DNA of 63,788 nucleotides, filler included, from Octopus bimaculoides (GCF_001194135.2; 5 parts of 4 records of this genome joined end to end with filler, not necessarily neighbours in it), one strand, 5' to 3'. Positions 25,087 to 38,855 are shown, counted from the whole stretch's first letter. The notes: generated from the sequence alone by a model not told the origin. Program-made: numbers and translations.

Positions 25087-26770
25087 TATTGCCTTTGCAC
25101 AGCTTCTAACGCTGGAGATGTACTACAGTGTCAGCTGTTCACTACCAGTGAACTAAGGTAACACCTCTTATTTTTCGAGCACCTTCCGGAGTATTCGAAC
25201 GGTTCCAGCAGTGCTGTTTTCTGTAAGTGCTCCACCCTTATTGCAGCCCCTATTTGTTCCATGTACTTCTTTTGCTTTCTGTTCCCAGGGCTCCGACAAT
25301 TATTGGTACTACTGCTACCTTTTTCATCGACCACAACTGCTTAACTTTCCAAGAGAACCTGTCATATCTCTTGACTTTTCTTTCTTCCTTATCGCATACC
25401 TTGTTGTCAGCTGGGCATGCTATATCTATGATCCAGCATAGTTTGTTTTCTTTCTCAATTAAGACTATGTCCGGCTTTCTATTCTCAATCTCATGGTCGC
25501 ACTGAATCATAAAATCCCATAGGATCTTTGCATTTTTATTTTCGACAATACCTTCGGGTTTTTTTTCTCTGTCAAGTCCATACTTGCTGCAAAGTGTCCA
25601 ATGGACAAGCCTGGCTATGTTGTCGTGACGTCTCTTATATTCCTTCTGGGCTAGTGGCGTACATTGGCTGGTAATATGCCATACGGTTTCACCGTTTTGT
25701 CCACAGATTCTGCACTTATCACTTTCTTCTGTGCTGTCTATTCTGTATTTTATGTAGTTNNNNNNNNNNATACTTGCTGCAAAGTGTCCAATGGACAAGC
25801 CTGGCTATGTTGTCGTGACGTCTCTTATATTCCTTCTGGGCTAGTGGCGTACATTGGCTGGTAATATGCCATACGGTTTCACCGTTTTGTCCACAGATTC
25901 TGCACTTATCACTTTCTTCTGTGCTGTCTATTCTGTATTTTATGTAGTTTGTTCTTAGTGCTTGCTCTTAGGAAGCACATATTAGAGCCTCCGTTTCCGG
26001 TTTTAAATCACTTTTAGTCATCCACAGCCATCTCTTTTTCTCTGTCTGTCTTATCTTCAACATCCCCATGAAATTGACCATGCATTCTTTTCTTTACCCA
26101 CCTATTTTCAGTTTCATTCGTTTTCAATTTCTTGTATAGTGCTTTATCTTTGCATTATTTCATTCTACACAAATCTGACCTTCTTACTTCTAGTAATAGT
26201 GGTTCTGTGGCATTATTTATATACCATGCTCTGTTGTTTTCTTCTGTTCTAATGCTGTGTTCGCATCCAGTAAGTCCTCTTCCCCCTTTTTTTCTTGATA
26301 CATAGTCTCTCTGTGTCACTTTTATGGGTAGAGTGACCTATATCTAGTTAGCAACTTCCTTGTCTTTCTGTCTAAGCTGTTTAGTTCGTCTACTGTCCAT
26401 GCGATTACTCCTGCTCCGTATCTAAGGAGTGAAACCACTCAGGTGTTGATAGCTTCGATATTATTCCGTCCATTTAATTTCGACTTAAGAATCAGTCTCA
26501 GTCTGCGCAAGTACTTCACCTTATATTTTTCTATCATTTCTTTCTCCATCAATTTATCCATTTCCAAAATCTCCAAGTACTTATAGCCCGTCTCTTCTAC
26601 CTGCATCATAACCTCCCCCGAAGGTATCGTTAGTCCATCCATACATTTGATTTTGCCTCTCTTCAATACTAACACACCACACTTTCTCAGCCCGAAGTCC
26701 ATTCTGATATTAGCACTGAAGGTATACACCGTATCAACGAGGGAACTGACTTGGGCTTCATCTTTACCAT
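25086..26770 (-). mobile_element. R4/Dong-like LINE, 5'-truncated (RT end, zinc knuckle, REL)
   Basis: FGLRKCGVL..YKYLEI; CRICGQNGETVWHITSQC; RKPDIVLIEKENKLCWIIDIACP; (TAA)n tail at 25043-25085. Confidence 0.92.
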
Positions 26771-26813
26771 ATTACTATTATTTTTCAAATTTTCTTCAAA
26801 TTTTCTTCCATTT

Positions 26814-26952
26814 CTCGCCTAGTGTTTTCCGTATACCTAAGGCAGAGAAGCTCATTGTATGCATTCTCAGTTTACACACGCAAATGTGTGTAAACTGGGA
26901 ATGCATACAATGACCTTCCCTGCCCTAGGTGTACGGAAAAACACTCGGTGAG
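26814..26952. repeat. Foldback element: 66/67-bp inverted arms with a 6-nt loop
   Basis: Arms 26814-26879 and 26886-26952 differ by about 7 substitutions and 1 indel. Confidence 0.9.
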
Positions 26953-27599
26953 TATTATTATTATTATTATTATTATTATTGGTATACAAAAGTTAAGAAC
27001 TCACCTCTCTATCTATTATTATTATTAGTATTATTAAGACAGCGAGCTGGCAGAATCGTTAGCACGCTGGGCAAAATGGATAGTTGTATCTAGCCCGTCT
27101 TTACGGGCGTTATGTCTGGGCGATTTGTCTTGATTGTTCTGTCGGTGTCAATTGTAAAATCCCAGAGAATGGTGATATAACTAATCTCTGTATCAGGTTG
27201 GGAAAGCTGTTTATACCAGTCCTTAGACGTTTCTTTCTTGCATATTTCTCATGGATATATTGTTCGATTTCGTTTTGTGAATTAAGCTCCTTTCTAAAGA
27301 TAAGCATTATTCTCCAATAGTAGTTGTTTTAATATTTTCTTTCATTTGGGAGTGTTGTATTCTACCACCTTCGTTGGCACCAAGCTTCTTTATGGTGGTT
27401 GATATATCAAGGTCAATGAAGACGTGAGGGTAAGTGTGTCTTTCACAAGTGTTACATTTACCAATGTTATTACTAAAGCTCCTTACAGTTTTGAGAAAAC
27501 CATTTAGCTCGCTGCCATTCTTAACATAATTTTAGGTTATCTATATAGAAAAGCTAATTAATTGTCATAGTTTATTTTTTCTTCTTCTGTCACATTGAT

Positions 27600-29140
27600 T
27601 CAGTTGTCACCGGGGCATCCTATGCCGATTATATACATGTTCTTTCTTTTTTATTCACCACAAACATGTCTGGTTTCCGACGTCTGGTCAGGTGATCGCA
27701 CTGGGTCATTGCATCCCAAAGGATTTTGCAATTCTCATTCCCAGTGACTCCTTCTGGGATTTGCACATACCACGTCTTTGTTCTTTGTAGGCCGTGATTT
27801 CCACAGAGTTCCCAAGGGATCATCCTCGCCACATTTTCATGGTGTCTTTTGTATACGCGTTGTGCCAATTTAGGGCATTCGCTAACGATGTGCCATACCG
27901 TTTCACCCCTCTCACCACACATTATGCATTTGTCGCTGTCGGTAGTGTTGTCTATTCTGCACTTCACATAGTTGGTCCTTAACGCTTGTTCTTGAGCTGC
28001 GCATATGAGTGCTTCTGTCACTTTCTTCAGATCACTCCTCCTCATCCATCGCCACCAGTCCTCTGAATCCATCTTGGCGTTCACATCTCTTTCAAACTGA
28101 TCGTACATTTTCTTTTCCTTTCATGCTTTTTCTTTTCTTTTGTTCATTTCTCGTTTAAATTTTTCTTTCATAACACTATTTTTAGTTTTGGTGACGCCGG
28201 CCTTCTTTGTATGTTTCAACAATGGCCCCACAGCATTTTTATATACCACCCTAGGCTGTTTTTTTATGCTTCGATACATTCCTGGCAACTGATCAAACCT
28301 CTCCCACCCTTTCTTCTGGACAAGTACAGCCTATCGGTGTTACTCTTAGAGTGGAAGACTCCGTGTACTGTCAACATTTTTCTGGTCTAGGTATACATTT
28401 TCTTCATTTCTCTCTTTTGCCGTTTTATAATTGCCCCTCCATAACGAAGTGATGCTATCACCCACGGATTAACTGTTTGGATTTTATTCCATCCAGTCAA
28501 TTTTGAGCGCAAGCACCAACCTTAGTCTTCGGAAATATTCCATTCTCAGTTGCTCTTTCATTTCCTTCTCCATTATCTCGTTGAACTCTAGTAAACAAAG
28601 GTATTTGTAACCTTCCATCTCAATTTGTTTAATCAAGTCTCTATTCAGTAATTCTATCCCTGCTAGGGACTGTACTTTGCTTCTTTTTAGGTAGATTATT
28701 CCGCACTTCTTGAGTAAAAATTCTAATATCAGTACTAAAATGTGGACCGTGTTCACCAAGAAATTCACTTGTGTCTCATCCTTGCCATACAGTTTCAAAT
28801 CATCGATATAGAGGACTTATGATTGTTTGGGATTTTCCCTTTAGCTGGTACCTCAGGTTCATTTTTCTAAGTACCAAGGTCAGGGGAATCATGCAGAGAA
28901 CAAAAAGCGACGGAGATAAGATATCACCCTGGAAAATCCCTCTTCTGATATCCATGGTGAACAAGCTTTTCCCGTAAATGTCAGTTCAGTTTTCCAACCT
29001 ACCATACTTCTCTTCCGGAAACACGTTACATCCTCGCAATTCCAAGCAGATCTAAGCACTCGATGAACCATGAATGTGGAATTATATCATAAGCTTTGCG
29101 ATAGGCAATCCAGGCCATTCCCAGATTTGTTCTCCTGTCA
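27600..29140 (-). mobile_element. R4/Dong-like LINE RT core to REL
   Basis: AWIAYRKAYDIIPHSW, RGIFQGDILSPSLF, SSI*WMI/YMDD region, ALICAAQEQALRTNY, CIMCGERGETVWHIVSEC, RRKPDMFVV. Confidence 0.9.
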
Positions 29141-30211
29141 GAGGGTACAGAAAACGAATGCATAGTGGGTGGAAGGCAATGGAGCTGTTTAAAATTACTG
29201 ATCAGAAATTATGTGATCAAGTTAGAGCAATACGAAAGAATGGATGGTTAACAGAATTGGGGCTAGAAGCTATTAAAAGAAGGATATTGGATGATGCTGA
29301 GCATGCGAAAAACGATAGAGGTTTAGTGGAACAGATGGACAATTGTTCGTAAGAATATACTACCGTGAATTGTGAAAGAATTGAGATCAATGACTTCTCA
29401 AACAATGAAGTCTATTAATAAATAGACGAGATTCTGGATCTATTAAATACAGAAGGGAAGAATTTATGTGCAACTTTAAGACGGTTAACAAATGGCGACT
29501 AAATCGAGAGACGAGTAAAGTCAATAATATATTGAGACACATTGAAACAACAAATATTATACAAGCAAATAATCTTACCAAGGCTGCTAGTAAGATTGTG
29601 GCGGAAAGGATAGGATTGAGAACTACTGAGAAGAGAACAGTGAGGGATAGGAGAGAAAATAAACAACCTTGGTGGAAAAGGAGAATTTCAGAAGATATAA
29701 ACTCCTTAAACAATGTAGTGTCAATACTTGTCAGGAAAAGAAATGGAGAACTTAAGAATGAATGGAAATTCGAAAAAGTTAGGAAGAAGTATGCTGGAGA
29801 TACAATAGGCCTGAATATTGTAATTGAAGAACTGAAGCAGTGCATACTTGCAAAAAAAAAAAAAAAAAAAAAGGCACAGCTAACTAGGTTTGAACAACGA
29901 ATTCAGCAATACCAACAAAGCAAATTGTTTAGAACCGACCAAAACAATTTTATCAAGAGATTAGTGATGTTAAAAACGTGAAAGATTAGTCCCTGATGCT
30001 GATGAAAGCCGAATTTTTGGGGTAAGATATGGAATAAGCAAGAACAACATAATACTACAGCTGAGTGACTCTGCAGCCTGAAGCAAACAGCTTCTTATCC
30101 TCAGCAAGAGGCTAGCCACTTCACAGAAGACAGTATTAGAAATATGAGCAAAAAGATAAACAATTGGAAAGCAGCAGGACCTGACGGTGTACAGAGATCT
30201 TGAATAAAAAA
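29141..30211 (+). mobile_element. Inverted N-terminal portion of an R4/Dong-like LINE
   Basis: GYRKRMH..KLCDQVRAIRKNGWL, KQPWWKRRI and NWKAAGPDGVQ; ends at a (TTA)n array. Confidence 0.85.
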
Positions 30212-30349
<138 letters not shown>

Positions 30350-30599
30350 NNNNNNNNNNNNNNNNNNNNNNNNNNNNNNNNNGACTCTGCAGCCTGAAGC
30401 AAACAGCTTCTTATCCTCAGCAAGAGGCTAGCCACTTCACAGAAGACAGTATTAGAAATATGAGCAAAAAGATAAACAATTGGAAAGCAGCAGGACCTGA
30501 CGGTGTACAGAGATCTTGAATAAAAAAATATTATTATTATTATTAATAATAATGATGATGATGATGATAATAATAATAATAATAATTATTATTATTATT

Positions 30600-31132
30600 G
30601 AGTGAGAGAGCAGTGCATGCCATCAAAGTGATACTGGGGTAAAATATACCCATCATGACTACCCGTCTGAAAAAGGTACACTAGGCACATGCATCACAAC
30701 CATATGTGCGCGACATGGTGATCTCATATCAAGATAAACAGCACATGACCTCGCAGGTGGGGCCCAGTTAGAATTTTCTTCAGGTCGAGTAGCCCATCCC
30801 GCTCAAAAGGTCCCTGAATAAGGTTTGTGTAAGGATGTTGAGCAAAACACCCATGTTTCCAAAAGTGAATTATTCAAACCCCAAAGAATTCCTCTCAGCA
30901 CACGGCTATGATGCTCCCCCACTACTTCTGCTCATGATCAGAGATGCACATATCGTCAGCCGCCAAGGGACATGCTCAACTGGTTAAGGTTAAACAACTG
31001 ACAAGCAAATCTGGTATTAAGCATTTGCTGTAGCCCATCTTTTATACCAAGACAAAACAATGTACATGATAACCCTTCCAATCAATTAAGATCAGAATCT
31101 ATGAGAGCCACTGCCTGGTACTGCATCCGGGA

Positions 31133-31135
<3 letters not shown>
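30600..31135. mobile_element. Non-autonomous ~535-bp element bounded by (TTA)n on both sides
   Basis: Second copy at 15014-16245; no ORF, TIR or poly-A. Confidence 0.75.
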
Positions 31136-31151
<16 letters not shown>

Positions 31152-31172
<21 letters not shown>

Positions 31173-31410
31173 TTATGTTTGACTTTTGCTTTGCATTTGT
31201 ACAAGTTGGATCCAAGTCTCACCCAGAGACCTCAAGAGACAACAAGTTAGAAGTTCATGTAGGTGTTATGCCTAAGGTACCATATATTTGGATTTGTACA
31301 GTTTTGTTCTAGTGAATGTTTAAGAAACCATAAGAAAATTATGTGTTTGTTATAAAATTAGAGATCACATAGACAGTATTTTACGTAGGATATGGGCAGT
31401 TCCCATGAGC
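31152..31410 (-). mobile_element. R4/Dong-like LINE 3' end (second subfamily)
   Basis: LMGTAHILRK C-terminal motif, then 3' UTR and (TAA)n tail. Confidence 0.7.
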
Positions 31411-31510
31411 NNNNNNNNNNNNNNNNNNNNNNNNNNNNNNNNNNNNNNNNNNNNTTAATTAATTAANNNNNNNNNNNNNNNNNNNNNNNNNNNNNNNNNN
31501 NNNNNNNNNN
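31411..31510. other. Artificial 100-bp join: N44-TTAATTAATTAA-N44
   Basis: The identical spacer recurs with the 12-mer at 53170-53181, 55487-55498 and 62027-62038. The 12-mer has stops in all six frames. Confidence 0.9.
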
Positions 31511-31869
31511 TTATTGTGTTGTAATTCATTCGATTTCATTGTACCTGAAAATTTTATATCATTCGATTTTATGTGACCCCAATCACATTGTATTGTCCCC
31601 TCTATTAGCCCGCATGGGTAATAAAAAATCAGATGATCTAAAAGTCGCCCCTCCCTTTTCCCCCTATAAAAACCGTTTGGCGCCTAACTCAGCCAGACGG
31701 CTTCGGAATTTCGCGTAGACCACCTTGGGCACTCACAGAAGGTAGACCACTAAGACCAGACCAGTTCGTGTAAGAAACGATTTCGGACACTCACATATGA
31801 CATACCTTAACTAACCTTCTACAAGACGCAGCGCGGCTCTCTCCTCTCAGCTGACATCATATTGTCAAC

Positions 31870-32330
31870 ATCTTTCTTTTGTAAACAGCCAACGCTGCAA
31901 ATCATGTCCAGCAAGAAATATATTAAAAATTAAAAGTTTATGAGTTTGCTTCGTTATTATGCACGCAGCCAGCTCGATCCCATGACGATGGTCTTCGACA
32001 ATACCATACACATCCAACACTGTAACCCAACAACAATGGTGACAGAAGTATCCTTGTGACATTGGTGACTTCGAAGGCACTCTAGTTGGGGCCATTCCAC
32101 CGATTGATTTTTCAGGCAAAGTGTATCTCGGACTAAATAATCTACTGTATTGTTTTTTGCAACAGTCATGAGTGATCTGAGGGAGATTTGGCTAGAATCT
32201 TCGGCGGATCGAACTTCTGCGTAATAGCCATCTCGCCGATTCACAATCGAGTTGGTTGTTGTCATTATTGCAGTTTAAATAAACTGAGGTCCATCCTGAT
32301 CGAGTAGTTCCATGATAAACGGCACTCCAG
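31870..32330 (-). mobile_element. Possible LINE APE-endonuclease remnant
   Basis: SPRYTLPEKSIGGMA and HGIELAACIITKQTHKLLIFNIFL resemble APE domains III and V; weak. Confidence 0.35.
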
Positions 32331-33042
32331 CCGTGATCAACCAGTCTATTCAGAGACACCCAGGACTACTTTGTGTAATGTAGCCATCCCTTTTCTAAAG
32401 GCAGCAGGGTTGTGTGATTTAGAAAGATTTGGTTGCTATTTCTAACAGACTGAGCGACTAGATGGAGCACCTCGTTTTATCTACAGAGTACGAGAACAAG
32501 ACAGGAAGGAAAATAAGGGTACAGGGTTTGCCGACCATTAAGTAGTGAAATATGCAGACGAGAGTGCATCATGTTCGACCTAACCTTTCTGGATGGCTGG
32601 AAATGAACTCCTAAACAAGAGGAAGAGGGATATCGAAGTAAAAAGGCAAGGCGCTTATTGTTTCCACTCACAAAAAGATTACAATACAACTGTCTTGAAT
32701 AATTGTTGACTAACAATACTATCTATGTCTGTCTGTCTGTCTGGTCATATAGACTATAGTCTCCCTCTCTCTCTTTATCTATATCTATATGCGTGTATAG
32801 AATATATATTTATATGTATACTTTTACACACGTGTTTGAGCGTGCTTGTGTGTGTGTGTGTTTGTGTGAATGTATGCGTGTGCGTGTGTGTGAGCGTGTG
32901 TGTAAGCGCACGCTTGCGAATATGTATTATAATTAAGCATGCATGCTGCATAGTGACAGTCTTCGACGTTTCGCCAGCACTGGTTCATCAGCCAGTATAT
33001 ATATATACACACATATACTAGTGGCTGATGAATATACGCACA

Positions 33043-33073
<31 letters not shown>

Positions 33074-33155
33074 CTGTCTGTCTGTCTGTCTTCTGTCTGT
33101 CTACTCATCAGCCAGTATATGTATATATATGTATGTGTGCGTGTGTGTATGTGTA

Positions 33156-33197
<42 letters not shown>

Positions 33198-33870
33198 CAC
33201 AAGAATATATATATATATATACGCACACATACATATATCTACTTATCTCTATATTTCTCTCTCTATCTATCTATCTATCTATCCATCTATTCTATATAAA
33301 CACACATAATTCACTTAGATATACAGCATCGACTAACCGTTGAGTCCTTTCGCAAATGGGTCTGTTATGCGTTTTCGTAGGTAAGTACTAAATACGAAAG
33401 TAGGATGTCACTATCCACCGTAGCGCTGAAGATGCTGTCTGTTACCACTAGTTTTGCATATGGTGTTGAGCGCCGGGCCTGGTCTGAAATCCTTTAACCC
33501 ACCCCCAAGCATATTGAAATGTTTGCATGTAAAAACATACACTGGTATTGTGTATGTGTGTCTGTGTGTGTACAGGAAAATATGTACATGTAATTGAATA
33601 TGTGCATATGATGCGCTTGAAGTTTTTCTATAGAAGTCCAAATGAGAAAGAGAGATAGAGAAAGCGAGAGAGAGAAACAGAGTGGTAGAGAGAGGGAAAG
33701 AATGTTGCACTTCCTTTTATGTACTCTGTCTTTTCCTCGTTTCATTCGACGATGTGATGGCCGGCCATAAATTCTATCTATCATCTCTAGCGGATAAGCA
33801 TCGTCAAGTTGACTAATCGCCTAACAGTGTTATGGTGGAGGTGTTGCTATTCTTCGTATTGTTTTTGTAG

Positions 33871-33923
<53 letters not shown>

Positions 33924-34138
33924 GTTGATCGGAGAAAGGATGGAAAAACAAGGTCTGGAACGTAAGGAGTTAGGCTCAAATCTGTCCATGTTAGGTCAAA
34001 AATCTCTCGCCGTTCAGACGCGCCATTTTTAATCTTTACCTCGCTAACCCTAACCCTTTCTTATTCCACACTTCCCTAAATGTGTCTGTGTGTTTACGTG
34101 TATGCGTGCGAGTACGCACGCACGCACGGATGTATGTG

Positions 34139-34460
<322 letters not shown>

Positions 34461-35489
34461 TGTATATCTTTCACTACTTCTCTTCCCGTTTCCCCGTCCA
34501 TCCATCTATCTTTATATGCCACTTTCGTTTCCTCTTTTTCTCTATTTTTGGGATCCATTTATATAGTTCCTTTCTCCCTCTTTTCCTTTTCTTTATCTTT
34601 CTCTCTCGTCCTTTTCTTTGTCTCTTTCTCTTTCACCATCTCTTTCTCTTGTTCCCCTATACTCTGCTTTCTCTCCCCCTCTCTCTCACACATAAACATA
34701 CATACACAACAACCACACACATAACCATACGCATTGCGTTTTTACCACTACTCTCAATCGCTTCTGTTCTTTTGCTCTTTTGCGCTATTCTGTTTGTTAA
34801 CTTATGTCTCGATTTACAAATTTTGGCAAGCATTTCACTCGTATATCAGATCGGAATTTGGATAGGACAGCGGTGTTGCAATTCCTTATTGCATTCAAGG
34901 ATTTTCTACAGAGCCATTTTCTTGACTTATGGCTTTTTACAAAGAGCCGAAACTTTTCGATTCGCTTGCTTCTAATTTGTAAGATTTCGCGCCAACAGAC
35001 GAAGAAGAAAGGAGATAAGCCAAATATAACTACTACTGACCGGTTCAAATTTTTAATGAATGTTTCTGTGAAAAATATTGTTTAGAATTACATGCACCAT
35101 ACAGATAATGGTAAATCTGTCAAACAAAAGAAATAACCCAAACTAAGCACTTTCCAGATAATATTTATGTTGATTTTACAGGTAATACAAATAGAGATAA
35201 GCACTGAAGGAAGAGACAAAACAGTGACCGTTATCGCGAAATTTGTGCTGCTGCTGCTGCTACTGATGATGATGATGGTAGTGACAGTGGTGATGGTGGC
35301 GGTAGTGGTGGCTGATGTTGGTTTTGTTCGTATATTCGCTGTTCGAAATTGTCCATTTATTGGCTTACCCCATCACACATACACACACACACAAGCATAC
35401 ACACACCAAATTACACATATGCACTCACACGCAGGCGCTCTCACACATACACAAACACACAAATGAACATATGCACCTTCACACACACA

Positions 35490-35524
<35 letters not shown>

Positions 35525-35929
35525 GCGGCGCGTACGCACACACGCACAAGCAACATAAGTAAACCGGCGATAAAATGTTTGCTACAAACGTAAAAATGAG
35601 AAACGAGAAGTCTCTGGGTGTGCGTATATGTATATGCAATATATGTGTGTATGTACGTATGTATGTATGTATACATGTGTGCAAGAAGCTCTATATATCT
35701 CTGTGCATCTGAATATATACGTATGCACGTGTGCTTGCATGTATTCGTGTGTGTATGTATCTATATATATATATATATATATATTTTTTTTCGAATTTCT
35801 CATCAATGCGAACGAGCCGGTTTCAAGTCCAGAAAGGTGTTTCACAGGAATTTAGATAATACCAACAGAGTATTCAGGTACGTATGTGTATATGTATGTA
35901 TGTCTCTTCTATTTTTTAATTATTATAAA

Positions 35930-36610
35930 TTTTCCACTGAGGAGGGAGCTGGTTTCCAACAAAGATACAAGGCTCCATCTTTGGGATGTAGTTAACACAG
36001 ACAAATTCACATATGGAACTTGAGAAAAGTCTTGCATATTTTTACTGTTCCACTCACAGATTGGACTTGTAATGTACGAATCAGCCGGTCAACTTTTCTT
36101 TCTGAAAATCCCAGTTTATCCAGATTCCCCTTTAAGCATTTACTAGTAAAATCTAGTGCTCCGATTGATATGAATAGGAATTCATAGTGTGGATACAGAA
36201 GCTGGAGTTTTCGAAGCAATTGTCCATAGATATCTTTTTCTTTGATTCTCAAAGAGATATTTATATCTGCAGGGCAGCTAACCTCTATGATGGTACATAC
36301 CTTTGCCCCTCTGTCCCAAGCAACACTATCCAGACTGTTATGCTTACATTTGACAGAAGTTTTGATGGGAATATTCCACCAGTATTCATTGAGTTGGTGT
36401 TTATGAATGTATTCCATAACAGATGAATTTTCTAAGTATTCCAAATGTTGGGATCAGCACTGGTACTGCAAATGCATTGTGAGATATTGTTTTAAGAGGA
36501 GAGTTCCGACTGCCGTATTTTCCTAAGTCTGGTGTAATATTCTTGGGTCACTCTATCTTTATTCACAGTGCCTTCATATGATACATTTTCATCTATGCCT
36601 AGTTACTTGT
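35930..36610 (-). mobile_element. REL-type LINE (R4/NeSL-like), RT tail fused to REL domain
   Basis: LGIDENVSYEGTVNKDRVTQEYYTRLRKI..HNAFAVPVLIPTFG joined to WWNIPIKTSVKCKHN..CTIIEVSCPADIN..KEK..GTVKICKTFLKF. Confidence 0.8.
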
Positions 36611-37129
36611 AACATTTTTTGTGTGGAATTCAAGGGTTTTGATGAGTGTGGAACCACCTCTTATCCACTATTGGTCTCAAGCCTACTCCAGCCTGGAGAA
36701 GTATCATGTGTCAGGTCCCTAGCAAGTTTGATTAGCATATTAGGACTTGCATAACTATGCATGTGAAAACTGGATTAGGTGGACTTTCGAAGAAAAACCT
36801 TTGTGGTCCAACAGAGGGGAAGGTGATTGCAGAAACACATTGTAGAGTACAGAGAGCAAGATGAGACAAGTAAAACATTCTTGGTCATCCATTGCATCCG
36901 TCTTCATCCCCAGTTGTCTTCATCTGATCTTGCTACTAGATTGAATTTGGTTACGGAAGAAAGAGTGAGGTCGACAATGAGCAACTCTTCTTCATTTTAA
37001 ACAAAATCATTGCGCATGTCATGAGTCACCTTTACTCAAGATGACTCGACGGTCCTCGTCGTTCCAATGGACGAACTTGATGCTTCGACAAGAACATTCC
37101 ACCAACATTCTCTTATAGAATGAATCAGT

Positions 37130-37500
37130 ATGTCTTCCACATCATTGTATCTTGTTATACATTTAGCTTTAGGACTATCGTTTCTACGAATTGGATTGTA
37201 AAATGCTTTGGTAAGGACATCTTGTCTTATAGGCAGGTAGTGTCACAATAATATTATTGGACACATGCTTATGGAATGCATAGTATCTTCTATGTTAAAT
37301 CCACAGATCTGCAACGGTTGTCACATCTAGGTGTTTTACCTCTATCATTATCCCTTTTGTGCATTAGATATTTCGTTGTTATTTCTTGTTCTTGGGCTGC
37401 AAAAATATATCCTTCAAAGTGACAGCTAACATACGGGTTTTTGGCCAAAGATAAGCTGATTAGGTTATCTATCTTGAAGGTTTCTGACAACATAAACATG
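37130..37500 (-). mobile_element. REL-type LINE pre-knuckle/knuckle fragment
   Basis: HFEGYIFAAQEQEITTKYL...RCDNRCR. Confidence 0.7.
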
Positions 37501-38431
37501 CATTACGCATAACTGTATGTATGTATGTATGTATGTATGTATGTATGTACCAGTCATCTTGCAATGCTAGTCACTGGAACCTACTATGACGACCGAGAGA
37601 GTGGCAAAAGTGTTGTACAAGCTTTTGTCACTTAAATCCGGTAATGTAGAGATGTCTCACTATTTCATTTCATTTCATGATCCATTTTGCATTTTATAAA
37701 GTTCTATGGCTGTGTATGCGTGATGAGAAAAGTCATATCCACTCACATGCAGGGATGAAAGTAAATCAGAACAATCAGGCTGAATGGGACACTGATATTA
37801 TCTGAGAAGATGAAGCAATCATCATATGTATGTATGTATGTATGTATGTATGTGTTGTGGAAGGATCCTGACCACCCCTCGTGACCAAAAGTGGACTAAT
37901 GCATTTCAATAAAATAAAGAACTGGTAGTTGACAATCAGCAGTTGACAGCGGGCAGTTGACAGCGTTGATCGTTTGTATTGGATTACTGTGTTTGTACAG
38001 AGCACGTTCGGTGTGAACATATTAATTCTGCGAAAGGTTATTCTAGATAACCGTATCCAAATATTTATTTGGGTAATACAATTCCTACACCCTTGTGCAC
38101 ATCTCAACGTCGTCATAACATCATTGGCGATGAGATATTCAAACCCATGGCATAATAGTATGTGTATATATATATATACGTATGTATGTATGCATGTATG
38201 TGTGAATGTGTGTGCATGTATGCGTGTGTGTGTGCGCGTGTGTTCGTTTGCACGTATGCATGTATGTACATGTAAGTATACATGTATGTGTATGAGTGTG
38301 TGTACGTCTGTCTATAAATATGCATATTTGTATGTATATCTTTTATCTTTTAGAGAAGGGAAAGCATACCTCAGGACTGAAGAAATGTATGTAGACATTA
38401 CACCAAACGAAAGCATTCATCTATCTCATTG

Positions 38432-38648
38432 CAGTATTCCCTCGACTATCGCAGGTGTTACGTTCCAAAACTCCCCGCGTTAGGTGAAAATCCCCGAAGT
38501 AGAAACAGTATTGTATATTTTTTTATATATTTTCATAATTTGTGTATGTTCATTTTATTATAAATGCAAAACAACACCACGGCGGAAACGACGTAAGTTT
38601 AAATAATAAACCGCGATAGGTGAATCGCGATATGGCGGGGGGCTTCTG
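38432..38648. mobile_element. Tigger/pogo-like MITE
   Basis: Imperfect TIRs CAGTATTCCCTCGACTATCGC / GCGATATGGCGGGGGGCTTCTG-TA; partial second copy at ~39100-39235. Confidence 0.6.
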
Positions 38649-38685
38649 TATTGTTGTCTAATGCGAAGGGTACTTTTACACTTTT

Positions 38686-38855
38686 ATTTGTTTCATTTTG
38701 ACTGTGGCCATGCTGGAGCACCGCATTTAGTCGAACAAATCAACACCAGGACTTATTCTTTGTAAGCCTAGTACTTATTCTATCTGTTCTTTTGCCGCAC
38801 CGCGAAGTGACGGGGACGTAAACACACCAACATTGGATGTCAAGCGATGGTGGGA
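38686..38855 (-). mobile_element. SINE family A copy
   Basis: Reverse complement of the 38-245 family. Confidence 0.8.

Noticed and set aside
25590-25945. ~170-bp exact tandem duplication inside the R4 element
   Set aside because: The copies flank a 10-N gap, so this is an unmerged contig overlap.
34044-34057. CTAACCCTAACCCT telomere-like motif
   Set aside because: Only about two units; not an interstitial telomere.
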